A DNA stretch of 64,000 nucleotides from NCBI GenBank assembly GCA_031402225.1, contig JANNSD010000040.1, positions 27,710 through 91,709 on the forward strand, written 5' to 3'. Source of the stretch: Gemmatimonadota bacterium (GTDB lineage Bacteria > Gemmatimonadota > Gemmatimonadetes > Gemmatimonadales > GWC2-71-9). Made by a program: the position numbers and the translations under genes. Shown one piece after another: positions 1 to 9,517 of the stretch. Within the stretch, counting starts at the first letter, position 1. Every line of letters begins with the position of its first letter. The notes under the pieces were generated by a model. The model was not told the DNA's origin. It ran no database searches and saw only the letters and a program-made list of their open reading frames with translations.

Positions 1-1214
1 TCGACAATGTCGAGACGCCGCTCACCCCGGTGCTGGTGGACATGGAATGGGCGGGCGTGCAGATCGACCTTGCCCTCTTCAAGCGGCTCTCCAATGAGCT
101 GGCGCGCGACCTCGAGCAGCTGCAGATCGACATTGCCAAGGTGGCTGGCGAGAGCCTGAACCTCAACTCGCCGCGCCAGCTCGCCGCCGTCTTGTTTGAC
201 AAGCACCAGCTGCCGGTGCTGAAGAAGACGAAGACGGGCCCCTCCACCGATGCCGACGTGCTGGAGCAGCTGGCGGACATGGGGCACGACCTGCCCCGGC
301 TGATCCTGAGCTATCGGGAATTGCAGAAGCTCAAGTCCACGTATGTCGATACGCTGCCGCTCGAGGTGAATCCGCTTACAGGACGGATTCACACCAGCTT
401 CAACCAGACGGGGGCGGCGACCGGCCGGCTGTCGTCGTCCGATCCCAACCTGCAGAACATCCCGGTACGCTCCCCCCGGGGCGAGGCGATCCGGCGCGGG
501 TTCGTGCCCGCCGAAGGAAACCGCTTCGTCGTGGCCGACTACAGCCAGATCGAGCTGCGCATCATGGCGCACCTCTCCGGCGACCCGCTGTTCATCGAGG
601 CCTTCCTGCAGGGCGGCGACATTCACCGGCAGACGGCGGCGGTGGTTTTCGGCGTTCCGGTCGAGCAGGTGAACGCAGAGCAGCGCGCACGCGCCAAGAC
701 GATCAACTTTGCCACGATCTACGGACAGGGCCCGTTCGCGCTGAGCAAGCAGCTGGGCATCACCCAGGACGAGGCGAAGCAGTTCATCGCGCAGTACTTC
801 GAGCGCTTCGCGGGCGTGCGGGCCTTCCTCGACCGGCAGGTGGAACTGGCCCGGGAGCAGGGCTACGTCGAGACGCTGCTGGGACGCCGGCGCTACATCC
901 CTGAAGTGCGGGAGAAGAACTTCAACCTGCGCAGCTACGGTGAGCGCAACGCGCAGAACTCGCCGCTCCAGGGATCGGCCGCCGACCTCATCAAGCTGGC
1001 GATGATCCGCATCCATGCGCGGCTCGCCGAGCGCCGGCTCACCAGCCGGATGCTCCTCCAGGTACACGATGAACTCGTGTTCGAGGTCCCGCCCGCCGAG
1101 GTGGACCTCATGGAAGGACTTGTGAAGCTGGAGATGGAATCGGTGATGCCGCTGCGGGTGCCGCTGGTGGCGGACGTGGGGGTGGGGGAGAACTGGCTGG
1201 ACGCGAAGAGCTAA
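1..1214 (+). CDS. polA: DNA polymerase I, C-terminal polymerase domain (5' end lies outside window)
   Basis: The frame of ORF 30..1214 stays open back to base 3. It has family-A polymerase motifs DYSQIELRIMAH, KTINFATIYG and LLQVHDELVFE. Confidence 0.95.
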   Translation, partial: DNVETPLTPVLVDMEWAGVQIDLALFKRLSNELARDLEQLQIDIAKVAGESLNLNSPRQLAAVLFDKHQLPVLKKTKTGPSTDADVLEQLADMGHDLPRLILSYRELQKLKSTYVDTLPLEVNPLTGRIHTSFNQTGAATGRLSSSDPNLQNIPVRSPRGEAIRRGFVPAEGNRFVVADYSQIELRIMAHLSGDPLFIEAFLQGGDIHRQTAAVVFGVPVEQVNAEQRARAKTINFATIYGQGPFALSKQLGITQDEAKQFIAQYFERFAGVRAFLDRQVELAREQGYVETLLGRRRYIPEVREKNFNLRSYGERNAQNSPLQGSAADLIKLAMIRIHARLAERRLTSRMLLQVHDELVFEVPPAEVDLMEGLVKLEMESVMPLRVPLVADVGVGENWLDAKS

Positions 1215-1227
1215 CGGTCCAGAGTCC

Positions 1228-1250
1228 AGAGCCAGGGCGACCCTGGCTCT
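1228..1250 (+). terminator. Stem-loop AGAGCCAGGG-cga-CCCTGGCTCT after polA stop
   Basis: Perfect 10-bp inverted repeat with a 3-nt loop, 14 nt after the TAA. There is no U-tract, so intrinsic-terminator function is uncertain. Confidence 0.4.
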
Positions 1251-1251
1251 T

Positions 1252-1279
1252 GACTCTCAACTCTCGACTCTCGACTCTT
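1252..1279. repeat. Tandem heptamer array GACTCTC/AACTCTC x4 (complement GAGAGTC)
   Basis: Read directly: gactctc aactctc gactctc gactctt. It belongs to the NNGAGWC repeat family seen throughout the window. Confidence 0.9.
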
Positions 1280-1340
1280 CGATCAGGCGTCTTCGCTGGC
1301 CGGCGAACGACACCGCATCCTTCCCGTTCCAGAGCGATAC

Positions 1341-1838
1341 ATGGCGAACTTCACTGTCACCGATGCCGTCGGTACTACCCGGCTGTTCCCGGGCGTGGAG
1401 GCACTGCTGGACGCGCTCGAGCAGCACCTGCTCGGAGGCGAAGACTTCGTCTTCGATTCGGGGCGGGGAGCGTGGATCCGGCTCAAGGATCATCCCGCGG
1501 TGCAGGAGGGGTGGCTGGCGCGGCAGCGCTTTCGTCCGCTGGACGACCGGACATCGCTGTCCGGTGCCACAGCGAACGCGCTCGATTTCCCCAATCTCGA
1601 TGACGATGGCATCACGCCCAGGCACGGCGTATCGGTCGGCGACGACTTCGAACAGCGCCGGGCCGCCTGGCGAGCGATCCGCGACACCGCGCCCACGGCG
1701 GCAACACACTCCGATCCCTACCTGAGCGGCGAGCGGGTGCTGACGCGCGGCGCCGTGCTGGGAGCGGTCGGGCTGGTGGTGCTCATCTGCGGAGCGCTGG
1801 TCCTGATTGCCAGCGGCACGGCGGCGCTTACCCGATAG
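1341..1838 (+). CDS. Hypothetical protein with C-terminal transmembrane anchor
   Basis: ATG start and high GC3 codon bias. The C-terminal hydrophobic stretch is AVLGAVGLVVLICGALVLIASG. No family was recognised with confidence. Confidence 0.55.
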   Translation: MANFTVTDAVGTTRLFPGVEALLDALEQHLLGGEDFVFDSGRGAWIRLKDHPAVQEGWLARQRFRPLDDRTSLSGATANALDFPNLDDDGITPRHGVSVGDDFEQRRAAWRAIRDTAPTAATHSDPYLSGERVLTRGAVLGAVGLVVLICGALVLIASGTAALTR

Positions 1839-3246
1839 GTCCCGCAGCGCGCCGGCGTGCGTTCCCGACCACCCAGGCAATCACCCCGCTGGCCACCAGC
1901 AGTGCGCTCAAGCCAACCACCTTGATCACGTAGCGCCGACCGTCCGCCTCACCGGGCGGCGGAACGCACGCGAGCAGGATCGCCGCGACCGATGTGGCGA
2001 GGCCGGTCCAACCGAGGAGGATTGCCACGGGGCGGCCCCCAGGCGGGCGAACCACCTCGGGGCCCGCCGGTTCGCGCTGCAGCCGGATCATGGCCGCAAA
2101 CATCGCGATGTAGGGCAGGAAGAAGGCGACCACGCCGAGGCTCACGAGAATCTCGTAGGCCTGCTTCGGCGTCTCGCCTGCCTGGCCGAGAATGGCGCAG
2201 ACGGCTGCGACCGCGGCCTGGAGCAGGAGTGCCACGTGAGGTGTGCCGTAGGTCGGGTGCAGCTTGCCGAAGGCGCGGGGCAGGTAGTTGTCGATACCGG
2301 CGACGAACGGCAGTCGGGCCGGTGCGGCGAGCCAGACCCCCACGCCGCCCAGGGTGCTGAGCACGATGAGCAGGGCGGCGACCGGCGCCAGGCCCAGCAG
2401 GCCAATGCGCCGACCGGTGGCGGTGATGGCGTCCATGATGCCGGCCAGCCCGGTGATCTCGGCCTGCGGGAGGGCGAGCAGGATCGCCAGCGTGCCGAGA
2501 ACATAGATCGCGACAATGCAGACACCGCCAAGCCACACCGCGCGCGGAATACTGCGCCGCGGCTCGACAATCTCCTCGCCCATGAACGAACCAGCCTCGA
2601 GTCCGGTGAAGGCAAACGCGATCGTGGACCAGAAGACCATGTCGCGCAGGCCGGTGGACGGCAGGAGCGAGTGCGCGCTGATTGGTGTCGCGGACCCGAA
2701 GCGCGCCCAGGCAGCGAAGCCCATGCCGATCAGCAGGATCATGGGGACCCAGGTGGCAATGGCGCCCACGGTCGCGAGCCACTTGCCCACCTCGAGTCCG
2801 ACGATGTTCATGGCGGCGGCGATGGCAAGGCCAAGCAAGGCCACGACGATGAAGTAGGTGCTGCTGTCCTGCAGGTGGGCGTAGCGATCACCGAAAATGT
2901 AGAGCGCGGTGCTGGCGGCGAAGAACAGCAGTCCGGGCAGGTACGTGAGGTTGGAGCCCCAGTAGGTCCAACCGGTCATGAAGCCGGCAAACTCACCGAA
3001 GGCGCGCTTGGTCCACACGTAGATGCCGCCTTCGGCGGGATAGCGGGACGAGAGTTCGATGACGGTGAAGGCGAGGGGCACGAAGAGGCACAGTGCCGCG
3101 CCAACCCAGATGAGCAGCGCCGAGGGTCCGGCGGCGGCGGCGGTCGCCACCCAGCGCATGCCGAGGACTGCGGTGACGTAGAAAAAGACAAGATCCTTCA
3201 CCCGCAGGACCCGACGCAGGGATGGCTTGTCCGGTGGGTGCGTCAT
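1828..3246 (-). CDS. APC-superfamily amino acid permease
   Basis: 472 aa, about 12 hydrophobic segments. The N-terminus (FFYVTAVLGMRW ... SSRYPAEGGIYVWTKRAFG) is typical of amino acid/polyamine permeases. Confidence 0.85.
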   Translation of the reverse strand: MTHPPDKPSLRRVLRVKDLVFFYVTAVLGMRWVATAAAAGPSALLIWVGAALCLFVPLAFTVIELSSRYPAEGGIYVWTKRAFGEFAGFMTGWTYWGSNLTYLPGLLFFAASTALYIFGDRYAHLQDSSTYFIVVALLGLAIAAAMNIVGLEVGKWLATVGAIATWVPMILLIGMGFAAWARFGSATPISAHSLLPSTGLRDMVFWSTIAFAFTGLEAGSFMGEEIVEPRRSIPRAVWLGGVCIVAIYVLGTLAILLALPQAEITGLAGIMDAITATGRRIGLLGLAPVAALLIVLSTLGGVGVWLAAPARLPFVAGIDNYLPRAFGKLHPTYGTPHVALLLQAAVAAVCAILGQAGETPKQAYEILVSLGVVAFFLPYIAMFAAMIRLQREPAGPEVVRPPGGRPVAILLGWTGLATSVAAILLACVPPPGEADGRRYVIKVVGLSALLVASGVIAWVVGNARRRAAGPIG

Positions 3247-3256
3247 CGACTCTCCC

Positions 3257-5545
3257 CTACGGAATGTGGTGCTCTCCCGATTGCATCGGCTTGGGGCGCG
3301 CCGGCTGCCGCGGATCGACCCCGGGCCACCAGTTCCATCGTCCCATCAACTGCATCACCGCCGGCACCAGCACCATCCGGATCACCGTGGCATCGAGCAG
3401 CACGGCCACGGCAAGGCCAAAGCCGAGCAGCTGCATCGCGAGCACGTGCGCAAAGGCGAAGACGCCGAACACCAGGAGCATGATGAGCGCCGCCGAGGTG
3501 ATGACGGATGCGGTGGCGCTGACTCCTTCCATCGTCGCGTCATCATTCCGGCCCGTGCGATCGAACGCTTCCTTGATGCGGCTGAGGAGAAAAACCTCGT
3601 AGTCCATGCTGAGGCCGAACACGACGGCGAAGACGAGCACCGGAATCACGACGAAAATCGCGTCGGTGGCGCCATCCAGTCCCAGCAACCGGATGCCAAA
3701 GCCCTTCTGGAAGACGAGCACCACGAGGCCGAAGGTGCCCGCCACGGACAGGGTGTTGAGCAGGATCGCCTTGAGGGGAATGAGCACCGACTTGAAGGCG
3801 ATGGCGAGCATGATGCCCGTGGCCCCGAGGATGAGGGCCACCAGCAGCGGGAACCGGGAGAGGAGGTCGTCCTGCAGGTCCACGTTGGTCGCGAGGAAGC
3901 CGCCGACGAGGATCTTCGCACCCGCGAGCTGTTTTGGCGGATGGGCAGCGAGGGCGCGGGCGCGGCTGACGAGGCCCATGCCGGTGAGCAGCGACGTGGT
4001 ATCCGACGGGAAGACGTCGAGCAGGGTGATGCGGGCGTCCGTCCCGAGGTAGGTGTCGAGCACGCGATACTGCGCGCGGGCCGAGTCGAGGTTGCTGTAC
4101 AGCAGGGAGTACTTGAGGATGGAGTTGCCCGCCGACAGGTCGACGATGCTCACCACATCGCCCACGCGCGGATCGGCGCGCAGCGAATCGGAGAGGCTCT
4201 TGAGCCCCCTCAGGTAGATCGCCTGCGTCACCGACTTTCCCTCGGGAATCTCGACCATCACCCGCACCGGCACGACATAGCCCATGGCGCCGAGCGTCTG
4301 CAGCACGTTGGCGCCGGCGCCCGATTCGGTATGGGAGGGCCACCAGTGGCGCGCCGGTACGCCCACCCGGAGCCAGAGTGCGGGCAGGCTCAGGATGCCG
4401 ATGAAGAGCCCGCCGAGGGTCAGGGCGCGCCAGGGGTGCCGGTGCAGGGTGCGGGCCCATTTCTCCCAGAGCTGCGGGGAGTGGTACCAGGCGAGCTTGC
4501 GGGCGAGCCAGCGAGGGCGGTCAATGTTGCGCCCGAGGACGGCGAGCAGGGCCGGCAGCAGGGTGACCGATAGCAGTACTGCGGTGGCGACCACGATGAG
4601 CCCGCCGATGCCGACGCTCCGGGTTTCCACCAGGGGCGTGAAGATCAGTGCGCCGAAGCCGACCACCACCGTCAGGCCCGAGGTAATCACCGCGCCGCCC
4701 GCCGTAAGGATCGTGTTCACCGCAGCATCGCGGCGCGAGGAGCCGCGGCTCATCTCCTCTCGGAAGCGGGTGACGATGAGGAGCGAGTAGTCGATGCCCA
4801 CGCCGAGCCCGATCATCGTGGCGATGGACAGGACGAAGATCGACATCGGCGTGACCCGTGTCAGCAGGCCGATGATCGTCAGCGACACCGAAATCGTGAG
4901 CGAACCGATGAGCAGGGGGAGCGCGGCCGCAATGAGGGCACCGAATGCCAGGACCAGGATGACGAGCGTGAGCGGAAGCAGCTGCAGCTCGCCGCGACGG
5001 GTCTCGCGCGTGCTCAGCGTGCGCGTATCCACGTCCAGGGCTGATCGGCCGGTCAGCAGGGTGCGGTACTGCTCCCGGTCGGCGAATTGGCGCAATATCA
5101 GCTGTACCGTGTCGCGGATGACCGGCACCATCATGGCGGAGGTGTCGCCGGACGTGGTGCGCAGCGCGATTACCAGCGCGGTGGTCCGGTGGTCGGGGCT
5201 GATGAACGGGCGGCCCGGCGCGTCACGCCAGGTCACGACCTCGCGGATGCCCGGCTGGCGGCGCAGGGACGCGACCAGGCTGTCGAACACGGCGCCGGAG
5301 CGACCCGAATCGACGGACGCGGGCGCCTGCAGCGTCAGCGCGAAGCTCTCGCCCACCGGCGCCGCAAAGCGGGTCCGGATCAGGGCGCTGACTTCGTCGG
5401 CCTCGGTGACCTTGAAGGATCCGCCGCGCGCGCTGAGCAGTTCAGGCGTGCCGGGAGCGCGGAGCGTTGCAAAGGCGCCCAGGATCGTCCACAGGATGAT
5501 GACAATCCAGCGGCGGCGAATCAGCGCGCGCGCGAGAGGGAGCAT
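3257..5545 (-). CDS. MMPL/RND-superfamily membrane transporter
   Basis: Two 6-TM bundles separated by soluble loops, with an LLPALLAVLGRNIDRPRW motif typical of MMPL proteins. The start is placed at the MLPLARALIRRRW Met (cat at 5543-5545); the alternative upstream Met is at 5605. Confidence 0.8.
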   Translation of the reverse strand: MLPLARALIRRRWIVIILWTILGAFATLRAPGTPELLSARGGSFKVTEADEVSALIRTRFAAPVGESFALTLQAPASVDSGRSGAVFDSLVASLRRQPGIREVVTWRDAPGRPFISPDHRTTALVIALRTTSGDTSAMMVPVIRDTVQLILRQFADREQYRTLLTGRSALDVDTRTLSTRETRRGELQLLPLTLVILVLAFGALIAAALPLLIGSLTISVSLTIIGLLTRVTPMSIFVLSIATMIGLGVGIDYSLLIVTRFREEMSRGSSRRDAAVNTILTAGGAVITSGLTVVVGFGALIFTPLVETRSVGIGGLIVVATAVLLSVTLLPALLAVLGRNIDRPRWLARKLAWYHSPQLWEKWARTLHRHPWRALTLGGLFIGILSLPALWLRVGVPARHWWPSHTESGAGANVLQTLGAMGYVVPVRVMVEIPEGKSVTQAIYLRGLKSLSDSLRADPRVGDVVSIVDLSAGNSILKYSLLYSNLDSARAQYRVLDTYLGTDARITLLDVFPSDTTSLLTGMGLVSRARALAAHPPKQLAGAKILVGGFLATNVDLQDDLLSRFPLLVALILGATGIMLAIAFKSVLIPLKAILLNTLSVAGTFGLVVLVFQKGFGIRLLGLDGATDAIFVVIPVLVFAVVFGLSMDYEVFLLSRIKEAFDRTGRNDDATMEGVSATASVITSAALIMLLVFGVFAFAHVLAMQLLGFGLAVAVLLDATVIRMVLVPAVMQLMGRWNWWPGVDPRQPARPKPMQSGEHHIP

Positions 5546-5632
5546 GGGTGGCTCAATCCTAGACGGTGCGAATCCTTGACGCCAGCGCCGGGTGCTGCCA
5601 ATCACGGTGGGTCCCGGGCATATTCACCGGCC

Positions 5633-6436
5633 ATGCTGCGACGTATTGTGCTGCCCACGGTCACGCTGCTGCTGCTGGTCCTCGTGATCGCGGATCGAGT
5701 GGCCCGGAGCTGGCCGCAACGTGCCGAGTCGGGCGCGACCCTCGCGCCCGACGCTGGGGACACGAATGCGGCGCTGCCGGCGGCCCGCCCGTCAGCGGCG
5801 CCGTCGTCGGCATCGCCGGGCCAGATCACGCTCTCGCCTGCCGAGCACCTCGCCCGGCTGGCGGTGCGGCGCCAGCTGTCCGACGAAGGCCGGGACACCT
5901 ACCTCGACTCGATGCTGCTGAGCACCGACTCGGTGGTTCGACGGTGGCCGGACCGCAATGGCCGGGCACTGCGCTACGTGCTGGTGGCGGAAGGCGCGCC
6001 GCAGGACTTCGGACCGAGAATGGCGGATGCGGCGCGGGATGCGTTTCGCGAGTGGCAGGGGACCGGCGCCGGCATGACGTTCGTCGAGTTGCCGGATACG
6101 TCAGGCGCGGACATCGCCGTACGGTGGGTGGATCACTTCGAGAATGATCGCGTGGGCCAGACTGACCTGGCGTGGGACCAGTACGGCCGCGTCCGGCGGG
6201 CATACATCACCCTTGCCGTTCGTACCAGCGCGGGCACCTTGCTGCCCGACCCCGCACTCACCGGGGTCGCGGTTCACGAGGTGGGCCACGCCGTGGGACT
6301 GCCCCACTCTGCGGACTCCCTGGACATCATGTTCCCCTCCACCCATGCCCGCGTGCCGTCCGACCGTGACCGCCGCAGTGTGCTGCTCCTGTACCGCCTG
6401 CCACCAGGCCAGGTGCGCGAGGTGGCAGCGCCCTGA
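5633..6436 (+). CDS. Secreted matrixin-like (M10 metzincin) zinc metalloprotease
   Basis: HEVGHAVGLPHS zinc motif followed by a Met-turn (DIMFP). N-terminal signal/TM is MLRRIVLPTVTLLLLVLVIA. The long upstream part of ORF 5087..6436 overlaps the MMPL gene and was trimmed. Confidence 0.8.
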   Translation: MLRRIVLPTVTLLLLVLVIADRVARSWPQRAESGATLAPDAGDTNAALPAARPSAAPSSASPGQITLSPAEHLARLAVRRQLSDEGRDTYLDSMLLSTDSVVRRWPDRNGRALRYVLVAEGAPQDFGPRMADAARDAFREWQGTGAGMTFVELPDTSGADIAVRWVDHFENDRVGQTDLAWDQYGRVRRAYITLAVRTSAGTLLPDPALTGVAVHEVGHAVGLPHSADSLDIMFPSTHARVPSDRDRRSVLLLYRLPPGQVREVAAP

Positions 6437-8011
6437 TCAGCGACGGGCGTACTTTCCGTCGTCCGTCAGTCCCCCCGCATCGATGCGCAGCAGCAGGTCC
6501 CTCGTGAAGTCGGCGTAGCGCATCAGCCCGGCAAACCCGAACCCCGCCCGGTATTCGTCACCCGGCTGGTGGTAGTGGGTCCAGAGGCCGGTGCGCAGGC
6601 TGTCACTCAGCGTAATGCTCATCCCCTCGTAGGTGCCGTCACTCGGTACAAAGAAGACGGCGGGCACGCCGCGCTGCACAAAGGCGAAATAGTCGGAGCC
6701 GGGCGCCGGCGGCGCGATCGAGGTGGTCCAGCCGCGCCGCGCGGCCTCAGACTCAACTTGCCTCACCAGCGGGCTGCCATCGACACCGGCCACCCGCCAG
6801 GACACCGGTGGGCCCGGCGGCGCGTTCGCGTCGAAATTGAACAGCGCGGTCATGCGGGCAAGCGGCCACGTGGGATGCGTCGCGAAGTAGTCGGCCCCGA
6901 GCAAGCCTTGTTCCTCGCCCGAGGGGAAGAGCAGGATCAGGGAGTGACGCAATCCCCCGCCCGCAGCGCGTTGCTGCGAGAACCATTGGCCCACGGCCAT
7001 GGCCATCGCAACTCCCGTCGCATTGTCGAAGAACCCGTTGTAGACCGAGTCGCCGTGCGCGTCAGGTGTACCGATGCCCAGGTGATCGTAGTGGGCGGCA
7101 ATCACCAGTGCCGAGTCGGCGGCCGCACCCCGGCCCGGCAGGAGGCAGGCCACGTTGACGCTCGCCCGGGTGGCTTCGCGCGTGACCAGGCTTACCGCCA
7201 CACTCCAGCCGGGAATGGGCTGGGGTGACGGAAGCCCGGCGGCGAGCCCGTTGAGATACGCGTCGTTCCAGGAGCCATGCGTGACGCCGGTGAGCCCCTG
7301 ATAGAGCGCCACGGTCGTCCTCGGCCCCGCCAGGATAGCAGGCAACGGGGGGATGACGGAGCTGGTGACGCTCGTGTCGTCGACTGAGAGTCGAGTGGTG
7401 CCGCGCGTCTGTCGGAAGAGGCGGTACCGGCGGGCGTCGTCCACCACTTCGATGACACCAACTGCGCCGCGGCCCGCCAGGGTATCAGCGGCGGCCACGT
7501 TGAAGCCGAACTCGCCCCGCATGAGCGCTACCTTGCCCTCGAGCAGCGGTAGCTCGCTCCGCCGGAAGAGGATATCATGAGCCCGGCCGACATAGACGAG
7601 TTCACCCGAGAATCCCCGCAACGTCGATTGCGTGCCGAGGTCGACGATGAACTCGTCATGATGGTAGAAGACGGTGTCGACACCGGGTCCGGTGACCCGC
7701 ATCCTGGTACGTGCCGTATCGACGGTGGACTCCAGCAGCGGTACCGGCTGGAACCAGCTGGCCCCGATGGGAGCGAAGCCCATGGCGCGGCACTCGGCGG
7801 CGAGGAACTGCGCGGCGGAGTCGGCTCCTGCCGTGCCGGTCTTGCGCCCGGTCATGGCATCGGCGGAGAGCGCGCTGGCGATGCGCCGCATGCCAAGCGT
7901 ATCGGTGGCCGGAAGGCTCTGCGCCGGCGGTGCGCTGGTCACCTCAGCCCCCGGGGGCCGGTGACAGGAGGCTAGTATCAGGAGCAGACCAGCGGCGACG
8001 GGATGGCGCAT
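6437..8011 (-). CDS. M28-family aminopeptidase lipoprotein with PA-like insert
   Basis: AAHYDHLG and FFDNATGVAMAM metal-ligand motifs. The lipobox signal MRHPVAAGLLLILASC defines the start at 8011. Confidence 0.8.
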   Translation of the reverse strand: MRHPVAAGLLLILASCHRPPGAEVTSAPPAQSLPATDTLGMRRIASALSADAMTGRKTGTAGADSAAQFLAAECRAMGFAPIGASWFQPVPLLESTVDTARTRMRVTGPGVDTVFYHHDEFIVDLGTQSTLRGFSGELVYVGRAHDILFRRSELPLLEGKVALMRGEFGFNVAAADTLAGRGAVGVIEVVDDARRYRLFRQTRGTTRLSVDDTSVTSSVIPPLPAILAGPRTTVALYQGLTGVTHGSWNDAYLNGLAAGLPSPQPIPGWSVAVSLVTREATRASVNVACLLPGRGAAADSALVIAAHYDHLGIGTPDAHGDSVYNGFFDNATGVAMAMAVGQWFSQQRAAGGGLRHSLILLFPSGEEQGLLGADYFATHPTWPLARMTALFNFDANAPPGPPVSWRVAGVDGSPLVRQVESEAARRGWTTSIAPPAPGSDYFAFVQRGVPAVFFVPSDGTYEGMSITLSDSLRTGLWTHYHQPGDEYRAGFGFAGLMRYADFTRDLLLRIDAGGLTDDGKYARR

Positions 8012-9164
8012 GCGAAACGATTTCCGATATCTGACGGCGGTGTGGCTGGGAGCAAGCCTGCCGTGGGGCAATACACCGCTGGCGGCGCAAACGTTCGACG
8101 CGGTCGATCGGGCGGTCACGGTCGGCGTGACGCGCCACGTCTATCCGGGGGCCGTGGTGGTGGTGGGGCGGCTCGGGGCTGTGCTGCTCAGCAGGGGCTA
8201 TGGTCACCTGACCTGGAGCACCGGCACGGCGTCTCCCTCGCCAGATAGCACACGGTGGGACATCGCAAGCCTCACCAAGGTGGTCGCGACGACCGGGGTC
8301 GCGGCACGTTTTGTCGACCGGGGACTCCTCGACCTCGATGCGCCGGTTTCGCGTTACCTCCCGGCATTCGCCGAGGCACCGAAGGCCGCGGTCACGGTGC
8401 GCATGCTGCTCAACCATACCAGCGGGCTTCCGCCATTCATCGCGCTCTGGCGGGTCTCGGCCACGCCAGCGGCGGCGGTCGCAAGCATCGCGGCGGAACC
8501 GCTGCGCCGACCGCCGGGCACGGCCGCAGAGTACAGTGACCTGAACGCGATCCTGCTCGGCGTGATCCTCGAGCAGGTGGGTGGGGCATCCCTCGACGTT
8601 CTCGTCAGGCGCGAGGTCATCGAACCGCTCGGCCTGACTCACACCACCTTCGGGGTCGAGGCCTCGGCGCGCGGCCTTGCCGCGCCCACGACATCGCAGG
8701 GCCAGATCCGCCAAGGCACAGTGAACGACCCGAATGCGGCGTTCATGGGCGGCGTAGCAGGCCATGCGGGCCTCTTTGCCACGGCCCACGACCTGGCGCG
8801 GGTGGCGCGCGCCTGGCTCGGTCTGGGTACACTGGATGGGGTGACGTGGGTGTCGGCCGGCACGGTTCACCAGTTCCTGTTGCCTTCGTCGACCAGTGGC
8901 ACCCGGCTGCTGGGGTGGGACACACCGGACGTCGCCGGTCCCGAGCCGTCGTCATTTGGCCGGCATCCCGATCCCGGCACGTATGGGCACACCGGCTGGA
9001 CGGGCACCCAGATGTGGATCGACCCGGCGCGGAACGTGTACGTCATCTTCCTCACCAACCGGGCATACGAGCCGCGGGTGAAGGAGACTCTTCAGGCACT
9101 GCGCCGTGTTCGCACGACGCTTGCCGACGCGGTGGTAGCCGCGGTGCCAATGGAAGGGAGCTAG
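8010..9164 (+). CDS. Beta-lactamase-family serine hydrolase (esterase/PBP-like)
   Basis: SxxK motif (DIASLTKVV), a signal-like N-terminus, and HTGWTGT near the C-terminus, typical of class C-like serine hydrolases. Confidence 0.8.
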   Translation: MRNDFRYLTAVWLGASLPWGNTPLAAQTFDAVDRAVTVGVTRHVYPGAVVVVGRLGAVLLSRGYGHLTWSTGTASPSPDSTRWDIASLTKVVATTGVAARFVDRGLLDLDAPVSRYLPAFAEAPKAAVTVRMLLNHTSGLPPFIALWRVSATPAAAVASIAAEPLRRPPGTAAEYSDLNAILLGVILEQVGGASLDVLVRREVIEPLGLTHTTFGVEASARGLAAPTTSQGQIRQGTVNDPNAAFMGGVAGHAGLFATAHDLARVARAWLGLGTLDGVTWVSAGTVHQFLLPSSTSGTRLLGWDTPDVAGPEPSSFGRHPDPGTYGHTGWTGTQMWIDPARNVYVIFLTNRAYEPRVKETLQALRRVRTTLADAVVAAVPMEGS

Positions 9165-9167
9165 CAG

Positions 9168-9467
9168 ATGCAAAATGCAGAGAGTGTCCGCAAGGCGCTG
9201 CGCGCCGTGAAGGACCCCGAACTCAACCTCAATATCATCGACATCGGGCTGGTGTACGATGTCTCGGTGAACGACGACGGTGTGGCTCATATCAACATGA
9301 CGCTGACGTCACCCGGCTGCCCGTCGGGTGCCGAGATCATGGAAGACGCCCGCCGCGTTACCAGCGAGCTCGATGGAATCACGGCGGTGGAGGTGGAACT
9401 GGTGTGGGAGCCTTACTGGACGCCGGAGCGGATGGATCCTCGGGTGAAGGCGTTCCTGGGATACTAG
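9168..9467 (+). CDS. DUF59 / SufT-like Fe-S assembly protein
   Basis: 99 aa. VKDPELNLNIIDIGLVYDV and MTLTSPGCP are the hallmark of the DUF59 (MIP18/SufT) family. Confidence 0.8.
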   Translation: MQNAESVRKALRAVKDPELNLNIIDIGLVYDVSVNDDGVAHINMTLTSPGCPSGAEIMEDARRVTSELDGITAVEVELVWEPYWTPERMDPRVKAFLGY

Positions 9468-9469
9468 GC

Positions 9470-9509
9470 GTGAAGACGTGAGGACGTGAGGACGTGAGGA
9501 CGTGAGGCT
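9470..9509. repeat. Tandem octamer array GTGAAGAC/GTGAGGAC x5
   Basis: Read directly, between the convergent stops at 9467 and 9518. Confidence 0.9.
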
Positions 9510-9517
9510 GCTCCGCG

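Noticed and set aside
1807-3483. Very long ORFs antisense to, or out of frame with, recognised genes. Examples: 1807..3483, 3227..4573, 20067..21395, 21673..22512, 22554..23822, 23886..24848, 26748..28097, 32916..34004, 35553..36416, 37133..38083, 50020..51375, 62520..63755.
   Set aside because: They overlap genes with clear family motifs. Their translations are Arg/Gly/Pro/Ala-rich low-complexity sequence typical of stop-codon-poor shadow frames in high-GC DNA. None shows a recognisable domain.
5087-5632. Long N-terminal extensions offered by the ORF track for several genes: 5087 (matrixin), 8119 (M28), 12790 (patatin), 12975 (ferredoxin), 15113 (lipoprotein), 19890 (sufB), 32928 (BMP), 42005 (DUF1801), 63880 (lipoprotein).
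   Set aside because: The extensions overlap neighbouring genes or are low-complexity. Internal starts give canonical signal peptides, lipoboxes or conserved N-termini.
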